From assembly GCA_963666975.2 (NCBI GenBank), contig CAXVYR010000004.1, positions 480,001 to 544,000 on the forward strand: a DNA stretch of 64,000 nucleotides. Direction: 5' to 3'. Below, piece by piece: positions 32,919 through 42,644 of the stretch. The stretch is from Terriglobia bacterium. GTDB taxonomy: Bacteria; Acidobacteriota; Terriglobia; 2-12-FULL-54-10. Made by a program: the position numbers and the translations under genes. A model generated the notes under the pieces. The model worked only from the letters and a program-made list of their open reading frames with translations, did not search any database and had not been told where the DNA came from. Every line of letters begins with the position of its first letter. Position 1 is the first letter of the stretch.

Positions 32919-33175
32919 TGAGAATTGAACGGACTGTCCGCTTCAAACGAGAGTTCAAAGGACTACCTGAATCCCTCAAACGACGTGCGGAAAAGCAACT
33001 GACCCTCTTCTTTCAGAATCCCCGCCACCCTTCATTGAGAATCACAAAGATGGAAGGAACCAAAGACATTTGGGAAGGCCGAATCACCAAAGCCCACCGG
33101 TTCACATTCCAGATCCGGGAGGACACCTGCCTCTTGCGAAGAATCGGAAGCCACGACATCTTGAAAACTCCCTAA
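32915..33175 (+). CDS. RelE-superfamily toxin
   Basis: TVRFKREFK.L, NPRHPSLR..K, IWEGRIT..HRFTF, RRIGSHD. Confidence 0.85.
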   Translation: MMRIERTVRFKREFKGLPESLKRRAEKQLTLFFQNPRHPSLRITKMEGTKDIWEGRITKAHRFTFQIREDTCLLRRIGSHDILKTP

Positions 33176-33177
33176 TT

Positions 33178-33206
33178 AAAGCCCAAATCAGGTGGGCTTT
33201 TTCTTT
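33178..33206 (+). terminator. rho-independent terminator
   Basis: AAAGCCCA-loop-TGGGCTTT followed by a T tract. Confidence 0.6.
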
Positions 33207-33245
33207 CCTGAGGATATTTGATCGCTCGGTGGTTAACAGTGGTGG

Positions 33246-33575
33246 TTACGCAACGACGAGGGATACTTTGCCATGGTTCTTGCTAGCGGGCCTGACGGTG
33301 ATTTTCACATCCTGCCCCAGGGCGGTGAGCAAGTCCATCAGGCGCTCGACGGAGAAGGCTCCCGACTGGCCACGCATGAGGCTGGAAACGTGCGGCTGCT
33401 TGATACCAAGGATCTCACCAGCTTGGGCTTGGGTAAGGCCGCGCTGCTTGATCAGGCGGTAAATTTGCACGATGAGGCGCGCCTTGAGCTGCTCTCGCTC
33501 GGGGTTGGCGAAGCCTAGGTCCGCAAAGATGTTGCCGGTGCTTTCTTTAACCGGGATCCGGGTTTTCCTTGTCAT
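33246..33575 (-). CDS. HigA-like XRE antitoxin (HTH_37-like)
   Basis: STGNIFADLGF, LTQAQAGEILGIKQPHVSSLMRG..FSVERL. Confidence 0.88.
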   Translation of the reverse strand: MTRKTRIPVKESTGNIFADLGFANPEREQLKARLIVQIYRLIKQRGLTQAQAGEILGIKQPHVSSLMRGQSGAFSVERLMDLLTALGQDVKITVRPASKNHGKVSLVVA

Positions 33576-33576
33576 G

Positions 33577-33932
33577 TCAGTTCTGCCTTTCTCTGTAGTC
33601 CCGCTCTGCGGTTGCGAGCCGCTGCAGAATCACCTCGATTTCCTTTTTGTGCGTGGCTATACCTTTTTTGATTTCTTCTGAAACGCGTGCAGTACATAAA
33701 TCGCGTCCTGAAAACGAACTGTATAGACGGCCCGGTATGTGCCAGCCTCGTCGGATGCCACAATTTCTAGGACAAAACGGTCGCCAAAGCCTTTCAGGGC
33801 TTTTACGGCGGGGTATTCTTCGACACATTGTGCGGCGTAAAGAGCTTGGCCGATATCGCGGCGCACAGGCGCGGAAAAGATCTCAAGTCCCTCCGGGATG
33901 ATCCGACCCACCTGACCGCCTTCAAGTCCCAT
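33577..33932 (-). pseudogene. phage Gp49-like (RelE/HigB) toxin, frameshifted
   Basis: GTYRAVYTVRFQDAIYVLHAFQKKSKK continues in another frame as GIATHKKEIEVI..RL; operator TATACA-N6-TGTATA at 33949-33966. Confidence 0.75.
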
Positions 33933-34391
33933 TCTATCATTATACCAATATACAGCTATTTGTATAATCGTCAACATATGCGATGGGTGGGATTGCACGC
34001 CGTGTCATGCACACCTCTTGGTCCGGGTTGGATACTGGCGGGAACTGGCCAAAACTGAGGTTCTTTTTGGACTTATTAAATTATAGGGCAGCCCTCTCGG
34101 TGCCCAACCATCCCGAAGTCGCTCGCGGCACGTCGCGATGCCTCATAACAAGGGCTGGATTAACTGTGGAGGAATCCTTTGAATCAACGAAGAAATGGAG
34201 GACGGGATGTTCGCTTAAAGCCTAAAATCCTTTTTGGCCTGCACGAAGATCAACCACCGGCTGTGGCGAAAAAGAATCCCTCTGAGGAGCCGACGCCGTT
34301 ATTCCATCACGGCAGTGGCAGTGCCGCGAGCCCCTGCCTATGATGTAATATTTCTTACAAGGATTGGCACAAAAGATCGGCCTGGTCAGGG

Positions 34392-35246
34392 TCAGATCCG
34401 TGGCTGAAGCACCTGGACGAGTTCGGTGTGCAAGGGTTCTCCACAAGAAATCAGCAAACTGCCGCCAAAGACTACGTTGTCCTCGTCTCCATTGACAGTG
34501 GTCGCCTTGCCGCCAGCCTCCCTGATGCACGGCACGATGGCCGCATTGTCCCAAGGATACATCACCGGATCGAGTGCGGCTTGAAGTCTCCCCCTGCAAA
34601 CAAGCGCGTGTTGCGCGCAGTCCGCGATGAATCGGAACTTGCGGGCGGTCTGGATGTAAGTGGAGAGCCTGTAGCGGGGTCGGTCGGTTTCAGGCTGCAG
34701 GTCAGAGGCGTGAATCCCGCCGGCGGATACCACGGCTTCGCCGAGCGTCTCTTTTTTCACAACTCGAAGGCGCACCGGTTCGAAATCGGCAGTCCGGAAC
34801 CAGCAGCCCAGGCCGGTCGCCGCGTATGTGGTCTCCCGCAGAACGGGCATGTGGATGACGCCCAGGACCGGATTGCCGCGACGGAGGAGAGCGACCAGTG
34901 TCCCGAAAAGTGGGACGCCAAGTGTGAATGACGCTGTGCCATCGATTGGGTCGAGGACCCAGAGGAAGTCAGCTTCCTCTGAAGAAGACGATCCATATTC
35001 CTCACCGAGGATTTTGTGAGATGGGTAACGCTGGCAAATGAGGTCTCGCATCGCGGTTTCCGCTTCGCGGTCGGCGACCGTGACTTCCGAGCCATCGGGC
35101 TTAATCATTACATCACAGCCCTGATAGCGAGGCAGAATCCTGTTCTCCGCCGTGCGAGCCAACTCGAGAGCAAAGTCGAGCAGCGATTTCAAGTCCCCGT
35201 GAATATTGTTATGGAACGTCAAGAGTATTACACCCCGAATATTCAC
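34392..35246 (-). CDS. inositol monophosphatase family protein (HisN-like)
   Basis: KPDGSEVTVADREAE, ILGEEYG, WVLDPIDGT, PWDNAA. Confidence 0.9.
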   Translation of the reverse strand: MNIRGVILLTFHNNIHGDLKSLLDFALELARTAENRILPRYQGCDVMIKPDGSEVTVADREAETAMRDLICQRYPSHKILGEEYGSSSSEEADFLWVLDPIDGTASFTLGVPLFGTLVALLRRGNPVLGVIHMPVLRETTYAATGLGCWFRTADFEPVRLRVVKKETLGEAVVSAGGIHASDLQPETDRPRYRLSTYIQTARKFRFIADCAQHALVCRGRLQAALDPVMYPWDNAAIVPCIREAGGKATTVNGDEDNVVFGGSLLISCGEPLHTELVQVLQPRI

Positions 35247-35387
35247 CGCGAGAGCTGCTGAAGGGCCCCAGATCGTTCCATTTCCCCATGGGAGCGGTTA
35301 CAACTGGGCGACGAAGTGCCTGACTGTGCGCTACAACTGCGACGGATCGGACAATATCATCTGGATTACAACGTCCCTGCCGCGCCG

Positions 35388-35770
35388 CTAGCCCGTTGTC
35401 GCAAATCCACAGCTCAGGTGAAAGGGTCCACCTGTTTCATCAATTACTAACCCGTATACCGACTTGACTCCGGGCTTTTTCTTCACTTCCTTGATCAAGA
35501 AGCCGACGACGTGCTTGCCAAAGCCCTTGCCTTGGTGCCGTGCGTCTATCTTAGATCGCCAGTAGTAGCATTTTCCTTGTTCGCACTCATCACGAATCAT
35601 CGCTAAACCAACCGGAGTAACATCAGCCTAGACAGCTCTCAGCCACGCGTGAGGGTGTGACCAACCCTTGAGCAATGGAGACAACCGCTGGCTTCATGTT
35701 TTCTCTTGCCCCTCAAGCAGCTGGAGGATTCATATGTTCTCAACGTTCGCCAGTGATTCAGGATTTTCAT
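35388..35770 (-). pseudogene. GNAT acetyltransferase (spermidine/spermine acetyltransferase-like), degraded
   Basis: IDARHQGKGFG motif A; upstream SIAQ and TPVG fragments broken by stops or shifts. Confidence 0.5.
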
Positions 35771-35772
35771 TT

Positions 35773-35979
35773 CTATGGGTCCTTCGACTTTGGTCGCCGT
35801 TGAGTGATGAAACGTAGAAAGTATTTAGGACCTTCCTTCTTATACGATGCGATACCTGCCCTCAACAGTAGCTCACACACCTGCGCGAGGCTCCTCCCTT
35901 CGCTGTTTGCGATCTGGATTAGTGTCCTCTTCAGCTCTGCTGGAAGTCTGACACCAATACGGTCATCCTTTTTGTCCAT
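35773..35979 (-). CDS. ribbon-helix-helix regulator
   Basis: KDDRIGVRLPAELKRTL..IANSEGRSLAQVCELLL; divergent from cassette copy 2. Confidence 0.75.
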   Translation of the reverse strand: MDKKDDRIGVRLPAELKRTLIQIANSEGRSLAQVCELLLRAGIASYKKEGPKYFLRFITQRRPKSKDP

Positions 35980-36034
35980 AGTCGTCAAAGCGGGATTGTA
36001 CGGCACCCTGTCGGGTTTCGCCAACACTTTCTGC

Positions 36035-36081
36035 TTGACAAAAGAAACCAGTATGGGTACCATTGTTGAACATTGGTACCC
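36035..36081 (+). promoter_or_regulatory. promoter/operator of cassette copy 2
   Basis: TTGACA-17-TACCAT; 27-bp imperfect palindrome GGGTACCATTGTTGAACATTGGTACCC. Confidence 0.65.
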
Positions 36082-36103
36082 TTTTAACGTGGGAGCTTAC
36101 AAT

Positions 36104-38189
36104 ATGACAAGGCAATCTAATGCGTTTCGTGCAAATACCAAGCTCGCCCGAACTCTTTGGGGCAAACTTCCCCAGATTCTCCTTCGCACCCTTAAGGAAC
36201 TGACCGAACGATATTCTCTATCGGTAGCCGCTGGAGATCTCCAGATGCTATGGCAAAACGTCACCCACGCAGGCCTGCTGCGCTTAGCCAAGCGCAATCG
36301 TTGCTCCGGCATCCGAGTCCAGCCGGTGCGGGAGTTTTGCGATGCGTCGACGGGTCGATGGGTGTTCAAAGCGACTCTCTATAAATCCCCAAAGTCAAAA
36401 GGCTTCGTTGGCTACGGCGACGCTGATCCTTCCAACGTTTCCTCCTTGGTCCGCGGGGCCGAGATGCGCATGGCTGAAACCAGAGCGGTCAATCGGGCGC
36501 TTCGTAAGGCCTATGGCATCGGACCGGTGGAGGAGATCGGGTCCTTTCCTCCTTCAGCCAAACAGGTCAGTGGACCTGAAAATGCCTCTGCGCTAATTCA
36601 GAAGAACATCCCGAGCAACGGCCAGCCGCGACTCCGCGATCGGCTCTGCCAGTTGATCCGCCAATACAGTCTGGATCCCACTCTGGTCAAACACTACGCC
36701 GGATTTCTGCGAAACCGAGAACCTGCGCGACGCCACCCGGGCGCGTTGAAGCCAATTTGGCTGCAGTCAAAGACCGACCCGGTCTCCTCTGCCAGCTTAA
36801 CAGCTACGCGCAACCTCAAGAGGTGAAATCATGAGACGTGAAATCCCAGGCCTCCATCAGAAAGCACAGTATAAGGACGAGATCCCGGAGGGCCTCTTTC
36901 TGGTCCGGGTCGAAAGATGCTTCTACCGCTACCATCCGCAGAAGCCCTTCTTCGCAGTTCGCTTTGCAATCATCCAGCCCGAGGAGTTTACCGGAGAACG
37001 TTGCCCGGCAGGCTCTACTGTACCCCCAAAGCCCTGTGGAAGCTCGTTCCTGACTTTGGCTATGACGCAGAATTGTTTCGTTGTCGATGAAAAAGCCATC
37101 CGCGGACAGCTTCACGGTGAAAGGATTTGCCTCCAGCCTGTTACCGTCGATCAATTACTAACCCGGTATACCGACTTGACTCCGGGCTTTTTCTTCGTGA
37201 GGCTGGCCCCTTTAGAATACTCCACCGGCGATTCCTGGGACCGATGGTCAGGGTGTGCAGCTGCTCGAACGATTGGCTCAAGACCGATGGGGAGCGAAGC
37301 CGACGACGTGCTTGCCAAAGCCCTTGCCTCCGCATGGTCCACTCTCCGGGAACGACTTTGTGGTGCCATCGGCTATCTTGACGCCACTCGCTGCCTGATC
37401 GAATGGAAAACGACGGGCAGCCGCTACCCGGAACAGCCTGAGGGCTTACTGGCTCTTGATCCTAGCTTGTCTGCTACTCCTGGATCAGCGCCTATGGTGG
37501 TATTTGTAGCGCATGCCGGAAATCCAATACCTCACTCCATGTTGGGCAACTAGTCGAAGAATCTGTTTCCCGGATCGAGGCACGCTTCCTGCCTCACGCC
37601 GGCACGAATGGCTGCGTGAGCTGCCCTCATCTGTCTGGGGAAGCAAGACCTCGTCGATTCCAAACTGATCCGCCGACCGGGAGCCAGTGACCTTGAATGG
37701 CTTGACCAGCTCTAGCGAGCGTCCTAGCTCCGAAACTCAACCACCGCCGGGCTCTCTCAGCCAAGATCGATGAGATCCTATCCTGGGAGCAAAGGGTGGA
37801 GCATGAACGAGACATCCGCTTTGTGGATTTAGGCCGCTACTTGTGCGAAGTCCGCTCCGGCCAGTACTGGCTGGACAAGCTCGTTTCCTTCGATGAGTTC
37901 TTGGAGAAACGCTTCCCCGAGTCTCGGCGCAAGGCCTACTACCTGATGGCAATCCACGAGCATTTGCCCTCCGACGAGAGCTGAAACTTGGGCAAAGGCG
38001 GCTGAGCTCGTCAAGGTGGCTCGTTCAGAGCATTGTGCTGCACTCCATGCCGACCGAGGAGCGGGAAGTCAGCATGATCATCTACTTTAAGGTGTACAAG
38101 AGCCTGCAACAAGCGCTGGAAACGGCAGCCCTGATGCTGGGGACGGATAAATCCCGTGGCTACTGTCTGGAGATGATCTGCGCGGACAG
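36104..38189 (+). pseudogene. second, eroded copy of the annealase-SSB-nuclease-DUF222-like cassette
   Basis: colinear high identity to 26.7-29.2 kb with many small deletions; truncated at ICAD by an IS; HNH gene missing. Confidence 0.85.
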
Positions 38190-38276
38190 TGTGCCCCGTC
38201 AGGGCTTGTTGGACAGGTAGAGGGTAATAGTTAAGGTGATGTTTTTGGCTCATCGTAGAGACTGAAAGGAACGAAG

Positions 38277-38648
38277 ATGAGACAAAAACAAGACGACAGG
38301 GGGGCGGTCGAGAAGGCCGTCCGGGAGATCAAACGCAGGACGCGGCGCAGGTTCAGCCCGGAAGACAAAATCCGCATTGTATTGCAGGGACTTCGCGGCG
38401 AGGACAGCATCGCGGAGCTGTGCCGCCGCGAGGGGCTGCACCAGAACCAGTATTACCGCTGGAGCAAGGAGTTTCTGGAGGCTGGCCGCAAGCGGCTGGC
38501 GGGCGACATAGACCGTGAGGCAACCAGTGGCGAAGTCAAGACTCTGCGGGAGCAGGCCGTACAGCTGAAAGAGGCCCTGGCCGAGGCTATGCTGGAAAAT
38601 CGCCTGCTAAAAAAAAGCGTGATCGGGGATGGGGAGGAACATACATGA
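38277..38648 (+). CDS. transposase OrfA (HTH)
   Basis: RRFSPEDKIRIVL..SIAELCRREG..YYRWSKEFLEAG..ENRLLKKS. Confidence 0.92.
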   Translation: MRQKQDDRGAVEKAVREIKRRTRRRFSPEDKIRIVLQGLRGEDSIAELCRREGLHQNQYYRWSKEFLEAGRKRLAGDIDREATSGEVKTLREQAVQLKEALAEAMLENRLLKKSVIGDGEEHT

Positions 38649-39628
38649 GATACCCTGCCTCGGAGAAGCTGGAGATCATCTGCACGGTGGAGCAATCTGC
38701 CCTGGGGGTGCGCCGGACGCTGCAGCAGGTTGGCATTCCCAGATCGACGTTTTACAACTGGTACGACCGCTATGTGTCGGAAGGCTTTGATGGGCTGGAA
38801 GACAAAAAACCCGATCCTGGCCCTGTCTGGAACAAGGTGCCGGAGGAGATAACTCAGCAGTTGGTGACGTTAGCCCTGGCCGAGCCCGATCTGTCGTCAC
38901 GCGAGCTGGCGGTGCGTTTTACCGAGGAAAGGCGGTATTACCTTTCTGAATCGACGGTTTACCGCGTCCTGAAAAGCCATGACCTGATTACCGCGCCAGC
39001 CTTTATTGTCCTGAAAGCGGCGGAACGGTTCGCCAACCCGACCACGGCGGTCAACCAGCTCTGGCAGACCGACTTCACCTACCTGAAAGTCATCGGTTGG
39101 GGCTGGTTCTACCTGTCCACGGTGCTGGACGACTTCTCGCGCTATATCATCGCCTGGCGGCTGTGCAAAACCATGAGCGCAAGTGACGTCTCGGCCACGT
39201 TGCGGGATGCTTTGCAAGCCACCGGCCTCGACCGCGTGGGCGCCCGGCACAGACCTCGCCTCCTGAGCGACAACGGGCCGTGCTACGTCTCTTCCGAACT
39301 GCAATCATGGCTGGCAGAAAACAGCGTGCCGCATACTCGCGGCAAGCCCTATCACCCCATGACGCAGGGCAAGATCGAACGCTGGCACCGAACTCTGAAA
39401 GACCGCATCCTGCTCAACAACTATTACCTGCCAGAAGAGCTGGAGCGGCAGATCGATGCCTTCGTCAACCACTACAACACCAACCGATACCATGAAAGCC
39501 TGAACAACCTGACACCGTATGACGTTTTTACAGGCCAAGGCAGTGCCATCCTGCAAAAACGGGATCGCATCAAAGAGAAAACTATGATCTTAAGAAAACG
39601 GTTGCACTTCAAAAGAAGGGCAGCCTAA
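38645..39628 (+). CDS. transposase OrfB (rve/DDE)
   Basis: WQTDFTY, LLSDNG, QGKIERWHRTLK, HYN..RYHESL. Confidence 0.95.
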   Translation: MRYPASEKLEIICTVEQSALGVRRTLQQVGIPRSTFYNWYDRYVSEGFDGLEDKKPDPGPVWNKVPEEITQQLVTLALAEPDLSSRELAVRFTEERRYYLSESTVYRVLKSHDLITAPAFIVLKAAERFANPTTAVNQLWQTDFTYLKVIGWGWFYLSTVLDDFSRYIIAWRLCKTMSASDVSATLRDALQATGLDRVGARHRPRLLSDNGPCYVSSELQSWLAENSVPHTRGKPYHPMTQGKIERWHRTLKDRILLNNYYLPEELERQIDAFVNHYNTNRYHESLNNLTPYDVFTGQGSAILQKRDRIKEKTMILRKRLHFKRRAA

Positions 39629-39701
39629 CATCAACCCAGAGGAGCCTGAACGCCACCTTATCTTTTTATGCTCTGTGTCCAACATTATCTGACGACGTAC
39701 A

Positions 39702-40861
39702 GCTCCGAACATCTCTCTCGTGGCTGACCCGGCTATCCCATTCGTACTAGAAACAGAACGGTTGTAATCGAGACCGATATTCACACTGCGCCACCGCTTT
39801 GCCAAGCCAGCCGCGCCCCCCCAGTAACGATGGGATTGTGAGGTGTTCTGGGACAGGGAATGTCTTCCCAATAAATTCGCCAAAACTGGCGAGAGAGCAA
39901 TAGTTGCTTGGCCATTGGTTGTGATCCAAGAAGGCTGCACTGAAAAATTGACCATGGTGCTGGGAGTCAACTGGTGATTGATTGACATCCCCACGGCTTG
40001 GTTGATTGTTCGGCCGAAGCTCCCGGAGTAATCGAACCTTCCAGTCAGGTAATTCAATCCGATGCTGGTCCGAGGCGTGAGCAGCCGGCTCAATCCCGCT
40101 GAAACGGTATAGATATTGCTTTCAAAAAGAACGCTTTCTGAGAATCGCTCCCTTCGATAACCTCCCTGGATGGAGAGGCTCGTGCGAGCGCTCAATTGAT
40201 GGATCAAGTTCCCGGTAGTGCTGTTCGTCATACGCTCCAAACGTAAATTACTGTCCAATCCATCGACGACCGAATGGAATTCCGGAAAGGGATTCACCAG
40301 AGCAGAAATATTTCCTACCCCGCCCTGCGAAAACGGATTGCTAAAGGACGCGTCTCTGGCAAGGTTTTCCCGAACAAGCATTCCTGTGAAATCCGGGCTG
40401 AAGCTGAATCGATTATTCAGGATCCATTTCAGCCGCGGGGTGAGATGGACGACCTGGCTCAGGCCCAAATCGTGAGTAAAGCCATCCAAGTCGCGAAAAC
40501 GGTTGTAATGACGCCCTGCGCCGCGGTAATCAACGACGTATTCAGAGTGCTTCCTCTGCAGATTGTAGGCGAAGGAGGCCGACGCCTCCGTATAGGTATC
40601 GCGGGAATACACGTCCTCATCCGCTCGGACATTCTCGCCGACCTGAGAAACCGAGAAAGTGCTCACCAAATGCCTTTTGTACAAATTAGGCAGAACGTAA
40701 GGAAGCTCAGCCACTTTGCTGTCAGTAAAGTTCGACACTTTGCTGTCGGTAAGATTCGAGGAACCGGTCTCTTGTGCATGGACATTCACTGCAAGAAGTG
40801 AAGAAAGCAAAAAGACGCCAGCAAGGCTCGTCAGCCAGAAGGATGGTTTTTTAACAAACAT
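39702..40861 (-). pseudogene. EPS-associated outer membrane beta-barrel protein, C-terminally truncated by the IS
   Basis: signal peptide, amphipathic beta strands; the reading frame runs into the IS IRR after REMFGA; 24-bp tandem duplication (N[L/F]TDSKV). Confidence 0.65.
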
Positions 40862-40952
40862 CAGAACACTCCGAGCGGGGTTTCTGCGTAAAATCCCTAA
40901 CTCTTTAGCCCTTGTCAATAATCAACCTGTGACTCAGGCGCATCTTGTTCAG

Positions 40953-40968
40953 AGCAACTGGCATGCCA
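40953..40968 (-). promoter_or_regulatory. sigma54 -24/-12 promoter
   Basis: TGGCATGCCAGTTGCT on the minus strand, near consensus. Confidence 0.7.
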
Positions 40969-41450
40969 ATTGGGAATTAACCACAAACAGTTGGCTGATG
41001 AGTCGCTTAAGCCGTCCCCAACCAGCGCTGGCAGGCGAGAATACACGGATCGGGGACTCTTCGCAGGTACCGGAATTCTGCTTTATCTGGCAGAAAACAC
41101 AGGAGCTAAATTACATAAATGGGGATTTTGAAGAAAATTATTTCCCTTTTGTAGTCTCCACAAAGCTGAGTAATTCTCTCCGGATGCGACCTCCGCAATA
41201 GCCTGGGGCAGCTTCTGCATTGCCCAAATTTTTCTCCTAATTTCCCCAGTTAGGGCAATGACAGGGAAAGAAACCTTCCCTTGGCCACACGGTGAATGAC
41301 TCGCTAATATTTAGAAACCACTCGGATTTCCGCCTGAGCAGAAATGGCAACCTGCTTGCCCAAGGGCTATGGTGCGGCAGTTGGGAAATTTCTTTATGGA
41401 AAGCAGAAATTTCTCTAAACAGCATTCTCGATTGACGGGAATCTTGATGG

Positions 41451-42458
41451 ATGAATTTATGTATGGATGAAACTATTCAGTTGCTAGGGCACAGCCAGAG
41501 GATACAGGAGGTGACGCACATGATTGAGCGCGTCGCCCAAACCGACATCCCGGTGCTGGTGCAAGGCGAGAGCGGATCGGGAAAAGAGATTGTCGCCCGG
41601 CTGCTTCACCTGAAATCTTCCCGGCGCGGCATGCCTTTTCTGAAAGTAAACTGCGCCGCCATCCCGCACGAGTTGCTGGAAAGCGAGCTGTTTGGATTTG
41701 AACGCGGCTCCTTCACCGGAGCCTACAACGCTAAGCCGGGCAAATTTGAGATGGCTCATCAAGGAACCATCTTCATGGATGACATCAGCGAGATGCCGCT
41801 GAGGATGCAACCTAAACTTTTGCAAATATTGCAAGATAAGCATTTTTCGCGTTTGGGAGCCCGGCAGGAAGTCTCCGTTGACGTGCGCCTCATTACGGCT
41901 GCCAACACTCCGCTGGAAAAGCTGCTTGCGGAAGGCAAGTTTCGGAAAGATCTGTTTTATCGTCTGAACGTAGTCACCATTGTCGTGCCGCCGCTGCGGG
42001 AGCGAAAAGAAGATATCCCCGAGCTGGCCCGGCATATGCTGGAAAAGTACGGCGACGATTCGGCCAATGGAAAGGTCGTTTTGTCCGACGAATTGCTCGA
42101 TGTATTCCAGCGGTATGACTGGCCCGGCAACGTGCGGGAACTCGAGAATGCGATCCGCAAATTGCTGGCTGTGGGCGACGAAGCGCAGTTGCTGGACAAT
42201 TTCGAGTGGGGCATGGCGGAGGAGCCCGTCGGCGCCCCCGATCCCGTTATGGAAGTTTTTCCGGGTGTATCATTGAAGGAGGTGGCCAAGCTGGCTGCCC
42301 GCCAAGCGGAGCGGGAAATAATTTTGCTGACCCTGCAAAAAACCAATTGGAACCGCAAGCGCGCCGCCGAACTGCTGCAGATCAGCTACAAGGCAATGCT
42401 GTACAAGCTCAAGGAAGCAGGCTTCGTCAAGCATTCCCGGGCGGCGTACTCGGAATAG
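41451..42458 (+). CDS. sigma54-dependent enhancer-binding protein without an N-terminal regulatory domain
   Basis: GESGSGKE, ESELFG..GSFTGA, FRKDLFYRLNV, WPGNVRELEN, Fis-type HTH. Confidence 0.93.
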   Translation: MNLCMDETIQLLGHSQRIQEVTHMIERVAQTDIPVLVQGESGSGKEIVARLLHLKSSRRGMPFLKVNCAAIPHELLESELFGFERGSFTGAYNAKPGKFEMAHQGTIFMDDISEMPLRMQPKLLQILQDKHFSRLGARQEVSVDVRLITAANTPLEKLLAEGKFRKDLFYRLNVVTIVVPPLRERKEDIPELARHMLEKYGDDSANGKVVLSDELLDVFQRYDWPGNVRELENAIRKLLAVGDEAQLLDNFEWGMAEEPVGAPDPVMEVFPGVSLKEVAKLAARQAEREIILLTLQKTNWNRKRAAELLQISYKAMLYKLKEAGFVKHSRAAYSE

Positions 42459-42644
42459 CTCTCCTTAATGCCTCCTCCGAAGGGAGCTGGCAGACCGCTT
42501 CTGTGCCCCGCCCGATGGCGGAGCAGAATACGAGATACTCGAACTGACGATGAGGATGCGAAAACAGCACCGGGACATTTCCAAAAAGGTTCCGCATCAC
42601 TCGAGAGCCCCCCCAAAAAATCTGAGTTATTTCAAGGAGAACAC

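Larger units (their letters stand above)
38190..39701 (+). mobile_element. IS3/IS481-type insertion sequence, 1512 bp
   Basis: 26-bp imperfect IRs TGTGCCCCGTCAGGGCTTGTTGGACA / TGTCCAACATTATCTGACGACGTACA (19/26); A-run slippery site near 38609; no target duplication. Confidence 0.9.

Noticed and set aside
26628-38189. Diversity-generating retroelement (TR/VR) explanation for the duplicated cassette
   Set aside because: No reverse transcriptase; the differences are indels and mixed substitutions, not adenine-specific
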